Positions 42,505-53,400 of a stretch of DNA of 64,000 nt are shown here, piece after piece. The first letter of the stretch is position 1. Each line of letters begins with the position of its first letter. Under the pieces are notes generated by a model. That model was not told the DNA's origin and searched no databases. It saw only the letters and a list, made by a program, of their open reading frames with translations. The DNA comes from Cyanophyceae cyanobacterium (lineage in GTDB: Bacteria; Cyanobacteriota; Cyanobacteriia; Cyanobacteriales; Laspinemataceae), in assembly GCA_038321985.1 (NCBI GenBank), contig JBBQFN010000008.1:64001-128000 (forward strand), written 5' to 3'. Made by a program: the position numbers and the translations under genes.

Positions 42505-42990
42505 TTAACCGGGGCTCTCCAATCCGGTTAGATTTAATGGGTTGACTGCTTCTGCTCCATTCAATAACGCTTCAATATTCAGTAACAGAATAACTCGCTC
42601 TCCTAATGTGGCAATTCCCGATAGATAGCGGCGGCTACACCCGGATATTCCTTCAGGAGTGGGTTGCATCGCCTCGTTCGGTAACGATAGGAACTCCCGA
42701 GCCGTATCGACTATCAATCCGACGGTGCGCTGATTGACACAAATCACGATCAAGCGGGTGCGAAGATTATAGGGGATTTTTTCCAGGCCAAATTTCACCC
42801 GTAGATTTAGTACCGGAATCACTTGTCCGCGAGAAAACACAACGCCTTCAACAAAGGGCGGGGCCTGGGGAACAGGAGTGATCCGGTTAACCATTTCCAT
42901 CTGCTGAATGAATCCGGAGGGGATTCCGTAGGTTGTATTGGCAAGCTCAAAAAAAATAAAGGTTGAGCCGGTATTGTGAGAGTTTACCAT
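42505..42990 (-). CDS. cheW: Chemotaxis coupling protein
   Basis: ITPVPQAPPFVEGVVFSRGQVIPVLNLR, VGLIVD, ILLLNIEALL. Confidence 0.96.
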   Translation of the reverse strand: MVNSHNTGSTFIFFELANTTYGIPSGFIQQMEMVNRITPVPQAPPFVEGVVFSRGQVIPVLNLRVKFGLEKIPYNLRTRLIVICVNQRTVGLIVDTAREFLSLPNEAMQPTPEGISGCSRRYLSGIATLGERVILLLNIEALLNGAEAVNPLNLTGLESPG

Positions 42991-43060
42991 TGAACTAAAA
43001 GCGAGTAGAAATCGGGAGTCAATTTGGGAAACCGACGGGGTAAAATTCTTCGGTAGTATG

Positions 43061-45376
43061 TTAAGCGTTCATTTTGGATTTGATCACGTTACGGACAAGG
43101 GCCAGGGCATCGAGAATCAAGACCACCCGGCCATCGCCGAGTTCAGTGGCTCCAGAAATGCCCACAACTTGAACGAAGGGGTCATTAAGCGCCCGCACGA
43201 CGATTTCCCGTTGTCCGATAATGCGATCAACGACGATGCCTACGGTGTTGAGTCCGCTACCCACGATCACAACCCTTAAGGGGTCGGGCGATCGCCCATA
43301 ATTGCAGCTTAATACCCCATCATCTCGGTTGGATTGCGTCCCTGGGAAGGGAAATGAATTCGAGTTTGACGGATCATGAAGGGCCGAAAATTGCCCATTC
43401 CCTGAGTCACTGGGGGTTGACTCAAGCCGAGGTAACCCAAAAAGGGACCCCAGCCGCAAAAGGGGGAGCACCTTCCCTCCGTAAGAAATAATTTCATGTC
43501 TCTCAAATACCGTAACCGCCCTAGATGAAATCGAAATCGCCTCGCGTATAGATTTTGTACCGATCGCATACATTTCTGTACTGACACCCACAATCAACGC
43601 ATCCGCGATCGCCAAGGTCAGGGGTAACTCAATCATAAACCGTGTCCCTTGCCCCCTACAACTCTCAAAAGTCAGCATCCCACCCAGTTCTTGGATCGTG
43701 TTTTTGACGATCGCCATCCCCACTCCTCGTCCACTGGCTAAATCAGCTACTTCTCGGGTAGAAAACCCTGGGGTACATAAAATCTCTAAAAGGGTGGTGG
43801 GATCGTCAACAGGATGGAGGAGATTGCTTTTAACAGAATCAGGTACTAACCCTCGCTCATACCCTTTCTCTAAAACCTTAGATTGATCAATCCCCTGTCC
43901 ATCATCTTCGATTTCAATCACCACCATCTCCCCAGAAGTTTTCGCTCTCAAGGAGAGTTTCCCCTCGACGGATTTGCCTGCTTTTTTTCGCTCCTCTTGT
44001 GTTTCTAACCCATGACTCACGGCATTTCTAACTAAATGCAACAACGGATCCATCATCCGTTCGACCACAAATTTATCGATTTCGGTTTCCTGTCCACTCA
44101 ATTCGACGCTAACTTGTTTTTGAGTCTCGCGCACTAAATCTCGGACAACAAACTGCATCCGAGCAAAGATTTCCCCAATTGGTACTAACCGCACGCGCAT
44201 CACTCCTTCGCGTAGGTCCCTCAGTTGCCGTTCCAGCATTTGATTGATTTCAATCAAGGGACGCATCTCGGTTAGGGGGACTCTCTCTTTCATCCGGGTG
44301 ATCTGATCTTCAAGTCGCGCACGGGTAATGACCAAATCCCCCATCATCCGCATCAATTCATCCAACTTGGGTAAGTCTACCCGCACCACGTTGGAACTTG
44401 GAGAAATGAAGGGGGCTGACGGGGTGATCGGTGCCACAGGAGTCGCGCTTTCCTCGGTTTGCGGTGGGAGGTTACATTCTCCCGGGATGGGAGATGCGCT
44501 TTCACCCTCGTGAGCAAGCTCAACCCCTTCTGTGGGGGGCAAGGTGGGATTTTCCCGGGGCAAATTTGGAGGCGGTTCTTCTGGAAACTGGATTAACCGC
44601 GGGTGGGTTTCCTCTGGGGAACTGCTGAGTCCGCTCAGATAGGGACTCCAGCTGAGCCCCTCATTTTCCCACCCGCTAAAGGCACTCATCTTCAGGCTAC
44701 TGACGATTAAAAAATGAAACTCAATTTTTCCCTCCGGTGTCATCCGAGGTGCGGCATGGATTAACTCCCCTAGACTGTGGAGGCGATCGCGGATTTTATT
44801 GACGTTGATACCCTGAGCCGAAAGTTGGGGCGTGGGTACAAACATAAAGTGCCATGCTTTGGCTCCGGGGGCAACTGCGGCGCGGTTAAGTCGGGTGATT
44901 TCTTCGGTTTTGAGTTGAAGTTGTGGGGGGAGGGCCTCTTCTCCCCCTGCCGGTGCGGGTTCTTCCGTGGGAATCACGGCACGGAGTTGGGCGATCGCCT
45001 TGTTAATATCCGGCCCTGAGCTTTTGTTTCGATGAGAAGCTATGGTTTGCTCTAGTCCTGTGGTTCCTCCCAGTAGGGCATCAAATCCTTCGGGACTAAG
45101 CAAGACTTCTTGATCCCGGAGTACCCGCAAATAGCTTTCCATCTCATGAGCTAAGGCTTCTGCTTCTTTGACTCCTACCATCCCGGATAAGCCTTTGATG
45201 GAATGAAAGCAGCGAAAAAGTTCATTTAAAACAGAAGGCTCAATTTGATTTTTTCCCACGAAGGGTTCAATCGCCAATAATTCTCGTCGCACTACGGTTA
45301 AGTGGTCTTCGCATTCGGCAAAATAGTCTTCTAAAAAGTCTATAAAAAAATTGTTACCGTCTGGGGGAGTGGACAC
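43061..45376 (-). CDS. cheA: Chemotaxis histidine kinase (HPt, P2-like, dimerisation, HATPase, CheW; no REC)
   Basis: FRCFHSIKGLSG, VRVDLPKLDELM, DPLLHLVRNAVSHG, EDDGQGID, PGFST, SGRGVGM, GATELGDGRVVLILD; GTG start. Confidence 0.97.
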   Translation of the reverse strand: MSTPPDGNNFFIDFLEDYFAECEDHLTVVRRELLAIEPFVGKNQIEPSVLNELFRCFHSIKGLSGMVGVKEAEALAHEMESYLRVLRDQEVLLSPEGFDALLGGTTGLEQTIASHRNKSSGPDINKAIAQLRAVIPTEEPAPAGGEEALPPQLQLKTEEITRLNRAAVAPGAKAWHFMFVPTPQLSAQGINVNKIRDRLHSLGELIHAAPRMTPEGKIEFHFLIVSSLKMSAFSGWENEGLSWSPYLSGLSSSPEETHPRLIQFPEEPPPNLPRENPTLPPTEGVELAHEGESASPIPGECNLPPQTEESATPVAPITPSAPFISPSSNVVRVDLPKLDELMRMMGDLVITRARLEDQITRMKERVPLTEMRPLIEINQMLERQLRDLREGVMRVRLVPIGEIFARMQFVVRDLVRETQKQVSVELSGQETEIDKFVVERMMDPLLHLVRNAVSHGLETQEERKKAGKSVEGKLSLRAKTSGEMVVIEIEDDGQGIDQSKVLEKGYERGLVPDSVKSNLLHPVDDPTTLLEILCTPGFSTREVADLASGRGVGMAIVKNTIQELGGMLTFESCRGQGTRFMIELPLTLAIADALIVGVSTEMYAIGTKSIREAISISSRAVTVFERHEIISYGGKVLPLLRLGSLFGLPRLESTPSDSGNGQFSALHDPSNSNSFPFPGTQSNRDDGVLSCNYGRSPDPLRVVIVGSGLNTVGIVVDRIIGQREIVVRALNDPFVQVVGISGATELGDGRVVLILDALALVRNVIKSKMNA

Positions 45377-45456
45377 GAGGGTTGTTCTCTCTTTTATATC
45401 TTTGTAAGCGATTCATTAATTAGATTTTAGATTTTAGATTGGGGAGATGGCGACTG

Positions 45457-45825
45457 CTAATGAGACAGCAACTCCTTGATTTGAGAGGAAAGGGACCTGG
45501 GTTCAAAGGGTTTAGTTAGATAGCAAGCCGCTCCTGCTTCAATGGCTTCACTCCGGCTACCTTCGTCGCCTTTCGTGGTTAAAATTACAATGGGTGTGGC
45601 ATTGTAGCTGGGATGTCCTAGAACAAATCTCAGCACTTCCAACCCGTGCATATCGGGCATATTCAAATCTAAAATCATTAAATCGAAGGGAGAGACGGCT
45701 AGTTGTTCTATGGCTTCGAGTCCATTCCCCGCTTCCTGAAATGTCACTTCGCTTAGGTCTCGCAGTGACGCTATGACCATTTTTCTCATAGTAGACGAAT
45801 CATCGACAACTAAAATCCGTTTCAT
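45457..45825 (-). CDS. cheY: Single-domain CheY-like response regulator
   Basis: ILVVDDS, ILDLNMPDMHG, ILTT, YLTKPF; first gene of the che cluster. Confidence 0.93.
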   Translation of the reverse strand: MKRILVVDDSSTMRKMVIASLRDLSEVTFQEAGNGLEAIEQLAVSPFDLMILDLNMPDMHGLEVLRFVLGHPSYNATPIVILTTKGDEGSRSEAIEAGAACYLTKPFEPRSLSSQIKELLSH

Positions 45826-46702
45826 CGTTTCTTTCTCCTTGACTGAATGCTATTATTGAACCTAAAAAGGGTGATTTTTGTCCTTTGGGGGAACTGACCA
45901 TAGAGATTGAATGGTTGCTAGCTGGACTCGCGGCGATAGCCGAATCGACCCTAACCCGAAAACATTTTTACTTGGCCTTTCCCCTATTTTCTCATTTTCT
46001 TCTCAAAACGTGGCAATTTCTTTAAAAAATGCAGCATTATCCCCGGCTCTTTCTAAAATTTTTCCTTTTCTTCCTCCATTCTCATCCCCTCTGTTTAAAA
46101 ATATTTTTTATTAATTAAATTAAATTTTGTTTACCCTTTATTACTTCAGATTTTGGGCTTTTTATTGAATTTAATTTTAGGAATAAATTTTTATTTTAAG
46201 GGGATTTATTTGTTTTTTAATTTTAAAAATTGTCCTCAAAATATTTTGAATTTTTCTTGCATTGATTAAGGCTTTTTGTGAGGTAAGCCCTCTTATATTA
46301 TTGAGTAAAACTTGACCTTAAAAAACAAGAATTTGCCGTCTAATATGTTATAGTGTATCAAAGATATAGCAGTTTAAAAAATAATTAATGAAAATTTAAT
46401 AATGCCCGAAAGGCTCAAACTTTTACAATATCTTTATCTGGAAAAAGGGGAACTGAGCTCCGCAGTCGCCGGGTGGGTGCAAGGAAGGGTTTGTTGCCTC
46501 TGTCAATCTTGGAAATCTCCCAGGGATGGGCAGGAGTGGGACTGTCTATTCTGGGATTTATACTGAGCAACCTCTGAAAAGATGCCAAGGACGAATGCCC
46601 TTGGGGGAGGTGAAAAATTCCGCTTGCGATCGGGTGGCGACAGCTAAAATACTCAAGAGAGAGAACAAGCCCATCTGTAACACTCAAGGGACCCCCAAAA
46701 CC

Positions 46703-47575
46703 ATGCCCAGCCCTGTCACAAACCCGAACCAACAGGGTGAACCTGCGATCGCCACTGCCGATATTCAATTGCTGGTCCTCGATATTGATGGCACCATTGC
46801 CGGAGTCTCAAATCAAATCACCGGATCAGTCAAAGAAGCGATCGCCGCAGTTCACAGAAAAGGTATCCCCGTCGCGATCGCCACGGGACGGATGTATCGA
46901 TCAGCCCTCCGTTTCCACCAGGAAATTATCTCCCCTTTACCCTTAATTGCCTACCAAGGGGCATTAATCAAAGACCCTGCCACCTCTACCCTTCACTATC
47001 ACACCCCGGTTGCCTCAGCGATCGCCCTGGAATTATTAGACTACTTTGATGACCCTACGGTGCGATCGCAGCTTTCTGTCCACTGTTACATCGACGATTG
47101 TCTTTATGTTCGCGAACTCACTCCAGACAGTCAAGCCTATGGCGATCGCACCGGAGTGACTCCGATTCCCTACGGCAACTTGCGGCCCCTGATTGCAGCA
47201 TCGGCCCCTACAAAACTCCTCGCCCTCAGCCAAAATACCCATTTAATTGACGAGTTGCTGCAAACCTTTAGCTTACGCTATCCCTCCACAGAACTCTACT
47301 TGACCAAATCTCATCCCACCTTTCTAGAAGCCGGCAATCCTGCGGTGAATAAAGGTGCTGCCGTCCGTTATCTAGCTGAAGATATCCTCGGACTCTCTAG
47401 CGCGAATGTGATGTGCATTGGAGATAATTTTAACGATGTGGAAATGCTCCAGTATGCCGGTATCGGTGTAGCAATGGGTAACGCACCCGAGGGAGTCAAA
47501 GCTGTAGCCCATTGGGTGAGTCCCTCCGTAGAGGAAGAAGGAGTGGCCCGGGCGATCGAACGGTTTCTGCTGTAG
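46703..47575 (+). CDS. Cof-type HAD-IIB hydrolase
   Basis: LDIDGT, ATGR, NKG.A, IGDNFNDVEML..AGIGVAMGNA; likely start ATG 46703. Confidence 0.93.
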   Translation: MPSPVTNPNQQGEPAIATADIQLLVLDIDGTIAGVSNQITGSVKEAIAAVHRKGIPVAIATGRMYRSALRFHQEIISPLPLIAYQGALIKDPATSTLHYHTPVASAIALELLDYFDDPTVRSQLSVHCYIDDCLYVRELTPDSQAYGDRTGVTPIPYGNLRPLIAASAPTKLLALSQNTHLIDELLQTFSLRYPSTELYLTKSHPTFLEAGNPAVNKGAAVRYLAEDILGLSSANVMCIGDNFNDVEMLQYAGIGVAMGNAPEGVKAVAHWVSPSVEEEGVARAIERFLL

Positions 47576-47747
47576 TTTGGAAGGGATGGATCCTTACGCA
47601 GTCCCCAGGAACCGGAAAGAGTTAGGGTGGGGTCCCTAGGTTGAAGGGAAGAATAAATGAAGAACTAGCCTAGGCATTGCCCATCCTAATTATCCCCTGA
47701 ATGCCTAAGTTTTATAAAAATAAGACTGGTTTTTTAAAAATTTTCAG

Positions 47748-47814
47748 CAGAAAGGGCCCCGACGACTGGCCGTGTTTCGTCTCGGTGCCCTTATCTGGTT
47801 CGCTCCTCACACAC
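47748..47814 (-). ncRNA. Yfr2-family small RNA
   Basis: Minus strand GTGTGTGAGGAGCGAAC...GGGCACCGAGACGAAACACGGCCAGTCGTCGGGGCCC: 5' GUGAGGA motif plus a hairpin with GAAACACGG in the loop. Confidence 0.75.
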
Positions 47815-47819
47815 CTGCT

Positions 47820-47848
47820 AATATACCGAACTCAAGCAGATTTGTCAC
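47820..47848 (-). promoter_or_regulatory. Promoter of the Yfr2-like RNA
   Basis: Minus strand GTGACA-N17-TATATT, about 6 nt before GTGTGTGAGG. Confidence 0.65.
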
Positions 47849-47922
47849 CCCCCTCAACAAACTTTCTTGAGAATTTTGTAACATCTTTTCGAGTTCCTAC
47901 TTTTTAGACCGAGGCAGTTTGG

Positions 47923-48828
47923 CTAAAGTTCCACGGGAGCAAAGCTGCCCAGTTCCCTTTCTAGTAAATGTTTCAGCAATTTCTGGCTCAGGGCAACTAG
48001 CCCTAATCTGGCCTGTCCCAACTCCGGATCTAGAGATCGCAAGGCTCCCCAAATTTGACATTGAGCGTGAAAAGTCAGGAAATCCTGACTTAAGAGACTA
48101 GCTCTAGAGACCGGGCTAGTCAGTTGGGAAAGAGGGAAAGTAGAGCTGAGTGCATCTACGGTGGCGATCGCCTGAGAAATCAGGGCGCGTTCGGCAGGAT
48201 GACAGGGCTTGAGTTGGCTTTGAGAGTCCAACCAGGGAATAGAATCAGGTGCAATCACAGAAGCGATACTGGGATCAGAAGCACCCGGAGTGGCAAGATT
48301 GACGACGGTTTGCTGGGTAATTAAGCCGTCTCGGTGTGCTAATCGCAATAGGGCGCAACAACGGGCGTGGGCGTATTGGATTGAAAATAAATCCGGGGAC
48401 GTAAAGGGGGTACGGGGTTCCGGAGTTAGAGCCGGCGAGAGGTCCCAAGCAACGCTCTTTTGTAACCAAGTCGCAATACCTGGGTCAGTTAGTTGTAGGT
48501 AAAGTTTACCCGGAGGAACAACCCTAAGGATCCAGTCGTTGACCTCGAAAGTCAAGGCTGAGTCAGGGGGCCTAGAGTCCCGGAAACAGTTGGCGATCGC
48601 AGTGGCAATTTCTAGGGGGGGTTTAGACCCCTGTTTAGCCAGTTGTAGGGCGACTGGAGAAATATAAATGATATGTTGGTTATCTTTAGCGCGATAAAGG
48701 GGAATGGGCGGGGCCGACTGCGCAGGGAAGCACAACTTCAAGAGTTCGCCTTGTTCCAAAAGTGAGGTAACTGCTCCCTGGAGTTGAGCTAAGAGTACAG
48801 GGGCGATCGCCAAGGGTTTAACCATCAT
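47923..48828 (-). CDS. DALR anticodon-binding-domain protein (ArgRS-like, lacking the catalytic core)
   Basis: YISPVALQLA...LEIATAIA...PPGKLYLQL (ArgRS N-domain-like) joined to IQYAHARCCALLR...ARLGLV...APVEL; no HIGH motif; start uncertain (48828-48873). Confidence 0.82.
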   Translation of the reverse strand: MMVKPLAIAPVLLAQLQGAVTSLLEQGELLKLCFPAQSAPPIPLYRAKDNQHIIYISPVALQLAKQGSKPPLEIATAIANCFRDSRPPDSALTFEVNDWILRVVPPGKLYLQLTDPGIATWLQKSVAWDLSPALTPEPRTPFTSPDLFSIQYAHARCCALLRLAHRDGLITQQTVVNLATPGASDPSIASVIAPDSIPWLDSQSQLKPCHPAERALISQAIATVDALSSTFPLSQLTSPVSRASLLSQDFLTFHAQCQIWGALRSLDPELGQARLGLVALSQKLLKHLLERELGSFAPVEL

Positions 48829-49392
48829 CAAGTGAGAAAGTAGAAGGGTAAGGAGGGGGGATCCCCAGGCCAATGAGATTGCCCAAGCTACAAAATCTAT
48901 CCCTGGGCAAAACTAGGCAAAAACTAACCGGACAAGTAAGGGGCGGTTAAGTAATATTGGCTACCCTGATTTTTGGACCCCCCTAATTTTAATATGAACC
49001 GACAACTGTTAAACCGCGATCGCTCTCAACCGATGACACCTCGTCCTGAACCCCAGGACTTCTCAATTCCCCGGAACCTGTTTCAAGGCCGACTCGGTTT
49101 AGGGTCAGGCAATCAAGACGGGTAGCAGTGGAGAGAAAATCGATTATTTGTATACCATTGACCCGGGAGCGTTTTCAACGTTTAGATGTTTTATACTAAA
49201 TTTGGTCATCAAAGCGCTATTTTTTTAAGAAAAGCGACAGGTACAGCGGGGCCTGTATAGCCGTAGCCTTAAACTTGTCGGGTTTTGCGCTGAGGGCCGA
49301 ATGGAGTATGAGATATTTTATAGGGAGTATTTGCATCGCCACCGTACTCTTCACCGGGGTACATCGAGCCAAACCCTGCAAAAAATTTAGGT

Positions 49393-50238
49393 ATGTATTC
49401 ATCTCAACCGGCCCAGCTCTCACGACCTTTTTTAACTCAAAACCCGATTCTAGAGTGGGCTGAACAACACTATCGATGTCGAACTTTTCGCAAAGAAGAA
49501 CGAATCCCTACCCGTCCTGGGTTGGTATATTTTGTGATATCCGGCTCTGCCCGTCTGGTGGCGGTGGCGAAAGATAGCCCTAATGCGCTCCAGGTTTCAT
49601 CCCGGAAAACGACCCGGAAAAATCCCGCCCACGCCGAGTCTCCCTCGATCGCCAAGGGTTTGAGGAGCTTGTGCGAAACTCCTAGCCAAAGCGCCGGTCC
49701 CGTCCAGAAAATCAACACCATCTCCCTTCTAGGGAAAGACAAGGAAGAAAACGCTGAAACCTTTTTAGGATTTGTAAGCCAAGGTCAACCCTTTGAAGTG
49801 GCGATCGAAACCTTTTTTACCCTCGAAGCCTACGCCCATATTGACGAAACTTCGGTGATTTGGATGTACTGGCCGGATTTAGATCAGTGGCCGTTGTTTC
49901 GGCAACAAGTCCTTGATGCGTTTCGCTATCAACACCAACGCAAGCTGTTATGGCTGGGAATGTTGGGACAGCGACGCACCATAGAGAAACTGTTAGGATT
50001 TTTGACCTTATTGATTGAGGAACATGGCGAACGGATCGGGGGGGATCCCGAAAAAGAAGAGGGAATGGGCTATTATTTGCCTTGGAATTTAACTCATGCT
50101 CAGATTGGTAGTGCGATCGGTTCCACTCGGGTTACAGTGACCCGATTAATGGGGAAATTGCGGGGGGAAGGCTTGATTCAAGTGGGAAAGGGTCACTTAA
50201 TTGGTTTACCTCCTCTGATAAATACCTCGGGAGAATAA
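49393..50238 (+). CDS. Crp/Fnr-family transcriptional regulator
   Basis: C-terminal LTHAQIGSAIGSTRVTVTRLMGKLR HTH; cNMP-binding-like N-terminus with an insertion. Confidence 0.92.
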   Translation: MYSSQPAQLSRPFLTQNPILEWAEQHYRCRTFRKEERIPTRPGLVYFVISGSARLVAVAKDSPNALQVSSRKTTRKNPAHAESPSIAKGLRSLCETPSQSAGPVQKINTISLLGKDKEENAETFLGFVSQGQPFEVAIETFFTLEAYAHIDETSVIWMYWPDLDQWPLFRQQVLDAFRYQHQRKLLWLGMLGQRRTIEKLLGFLTLLIEEHGERIGGDPEKEEGMGYYLPWNLTHAQIGSAIGSTRVTVTRLMGKLRGEGLIQVGKGHLIGLPPLINTSGE

Positions 50239-50400
50239 GTTCAAACCCCGTTGTTAAAGGCCGGGTTTCTCTTAGATTGAACATTTAGAAGAAAGGGTTA
50301 ATCCTCCGGAATTGGTTAATTATTGAAGCGGAATTTTAGAAGGGGCAAATCGGACAGGAAAAATTAGAGAATTTCTGGTAAACCCTCCGGCTTATGAGAG

Positions 50401-53400
50401 CTAGGCCGTCCCATTTTTGAGGGCATCCAGAAGAATTTCCGTGGCGGATTCGTATAAGGGTAAGGTGATGCTAAAGGTTGAGCCTTGATTGGGGTGAGAA
50501 TTCACAGAAATCCACCCTCCGTGAAGCTCGACTAACTTCTGAGTAATAGCTAAACCGAGACCGCTGCCTTGATACTTGCGAGTCAAAGACGAATCAATTT
50601 GGGAGAAGGGAGAAAACAAACGGGGGCGATCGCTCTCGTCAATGCCAATCCCCGTATCCCACACCACGAAGTGAATCCAATCATGATGACGCACCATCGG
50701 CTTTTCTTTAGCTTGTGATTTGCCCTCTTGAGCTTCGGGGGTTTCGTTCCCGCTAGAGCGGTAAATCTTTAATCCAACCTCACCTTCTGGGGTAAATTTG
50801 ATCGCGTTAGTCAGGAGGTTAAGAAGCATTTGTTTAAGACGGCGCGGGTCAACCACCATAGATTCCAAAGTCGGGTCTACTTCCATCTGAAATTGCAAGC
50901 CGTGGTTAGTGAGACGCTCTTGAATCAAGCTCAATAGACCCTGGCAGATATCGCAAATATAAACAAGCTGGGGTTCAAGCTCCAGGCGATCAGCTTCAAT
51001 TCGAGAGAGGTCAAGGATATCATTGATCAGAGATAACAAGTGCTGTCCGCTAATATGAATCCGGTCCAGGTAAACTTTTTGTTTGGTGTTGAGGGAACCA
51101 AAGGATTCCTCGATCAGGACGCTGGAGAAGCCGAGAATCGCGGTTAAGGGCGTGCGAAGTTCGTGAGAGGTGGTAGCAATGAACTCTTCTTTGAGTCGGT
51201 TGATGGCGGCTAATTCTTGATTTTGCTCTTGTAGGCGCTGCCACTGGTGACGAAATTCGCTCACGTCTCGGGCGATCGCAATAATCCGATGGATAGTGCC
51301 GTTTTCGTCAGAGATGGGAGAGTACACGGTTTCTAGAATCTTGTTACCGATCGGGAACGAGATTTCGTGGCTGACTAACACGCGATCGCCGGTTTCGTAA
51401 ACATGACGAAGTAAAGGTTCAATCGCAGACGCCGCGTCTGCGCTCAGTTCTCGATTGGTTTTTCCGATCGTCTGTTCGCGAGTGAGACCGAAGAAGGCGG
51501 CACCGGCTGAGTTGATGGACACATAACGCAGTTGGGTATCATATTCGACAAAGATATCACTGGACTGACGCAGAAAAGAACGAAAGTAGTCGGCACTCAG
51601 ACGAGAGGACTGTTCCTGGCGCAGAAGGCGGGCTTGACGGATGGCGATCGCACAAACTCTTGCTACCTGCTTCACCAGTTCAATCTCGTCAGCATCCCAG
51701 CTTTTGTTCAGGGGTTGAATAATGCTTAACGCGCCTATAAAGCCGCTATCGTCGGCGATCGGGACGAGGGTTTGTTGAAGGAAGGGGGTCTCTGGAGACC
51801 CGGTAGAATCCAAATTTCCAGCTAGGGGGCGATCGCCATTTTCGTCGTCCTCTATCACCTTTAAGAAACACAGTTCCCCCTGTAATAGCAGGGTACGGCA
51901 CTGCGGGGAGAGGTGATGAAAGTTCAAGAGAGTGGCAACCGGCAACGGAGTTTCCGAATGGGGATTGAGAAACGATGCCCGGACCTGATAAGCGGATTTT
52001 TCCTCATCCCACAACAGCGTATGACAGCTTTCCACCCCGAGAGTTTCGACAATGCCTTCTACTGCCGCACTCATTACCCTATCTTCATCGGTGGCACTGC
52101 AAAGCGTTTCGGTTAAGTGGCGAATCAGTTGCTCGAATTGCAGCGATCGCGCTAGGGTGGTAGTTCTTTGCTGTACTCGATCCTCGAGTTCCCGAGCATA
52201 CGAGCGTAATTGTTGAACCAAATTCGCTTGTTCGATAGCGATCGCCATCTGATTTGCCACAGCTTGCACCAACTGTTTTTCATCCGCCGTCCATTGTCGG
52301 GGTCCATGACAGTGATGAATAACTAGCAACCCCCAAAGATTCGAGACACTGGAAAATTCCCGCAAGTTTTCTTCTAAATGATCGGGGTCTTCTAAGGTTG
52401 AGTTTTGAAGTTTCCCAACGGTGAGACTATCTGGAGTCAAGTATTCTTCCTGATTGCGTCCAATTGCCACGCCCATAAAACTACGGACACGAAATTGGTT
52501 GAGCATCTCTCGATAGCAATCGCTCAAGGCTGCACTTTGAATATCGGTAACTGAACCGAGATGCCCATTGCGATAGGCTTCTCGATGGACCAGGGGCATA
52601 CACTCAGCGGGAAACCACTTTCCTTTTATGGCAGGATAAGGCGCTTGGACATCTTCACAGACACAGACGCCACTCCCATCGGGCAGAAATTGAAAGGCCA
52701 GGACGCGATCGGTGTCTAATGCCTGTCTAAGACCCTGGACCCCTAGTTTTAAAATCGTCGGCAGATCGAAGGTGGAGCGGATTTTGGCCGAGATGCGACT
52801 CAGCAGCATTTCCCGCGATCGCCGCTGTTGGAGTTCCTGTTCTGCCCGGGCGCGATCGCTTAAATCGCTGACAAAGGTTATAAAATAGCTCTCCTCCTCT
52901 TCTTTCCCCACCAGGGAAAGGGTCACCTCTGCGGCCAAAATTGAGCCATTGGCGCAGATAAAACGTTGACGTAGGGTTTGCCGTTTCACGCCCTCCCGGA
53001 CCATTTGTTGAATCCCTCGCAACAGTGTCGCGAAATCTTCAGGATGAGAAATCGCCCGGGAATCTAAGTAACGCAATTGACTGGGACTATACCCCGTCAT
53101 GTGGCAAAAAGCCGGATTTGCTTTCAGGATACCGCCATCGATGCTGTGGTAAACAATACCCGTCGGGCAATTCCAAAACATGGGATCAAACCCCGGATTC
53201 GGAAATGAGACCCAGGACGAAGGTTGATCGGCCGTTTCTTGAGTCGGGGGTAGGCGCGAAGCGTCACTCCCCTCTGAAAATTTCCGCTTGTGAGTGTTCT
53301 TCTCACCTGCGGGGTTAAATTCGCCCCGCTTTCCATTCTCTGAGACAACCCCCTGGGAGGACTGTTGGGAAGAGATTAAGTGTAGAGCTTGTAACCAAAA

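Noticed and set aside
46080..46400. Very AT-rich tract upstream of cheY as a replication origin or island boundary
   Set aside because: No DnaA-box cluster, att repeat or integrase; most simply a divergent promoter region.
47701..47907. 68-aa plus-strand ORF, or a Yfr1 motif (ctcctcacac) on the plus strand
   Set aside because: Promoter position and loop motif fit a minus-strand Yfr2; the plus strand lacks the Yfr1 downstream terminator.
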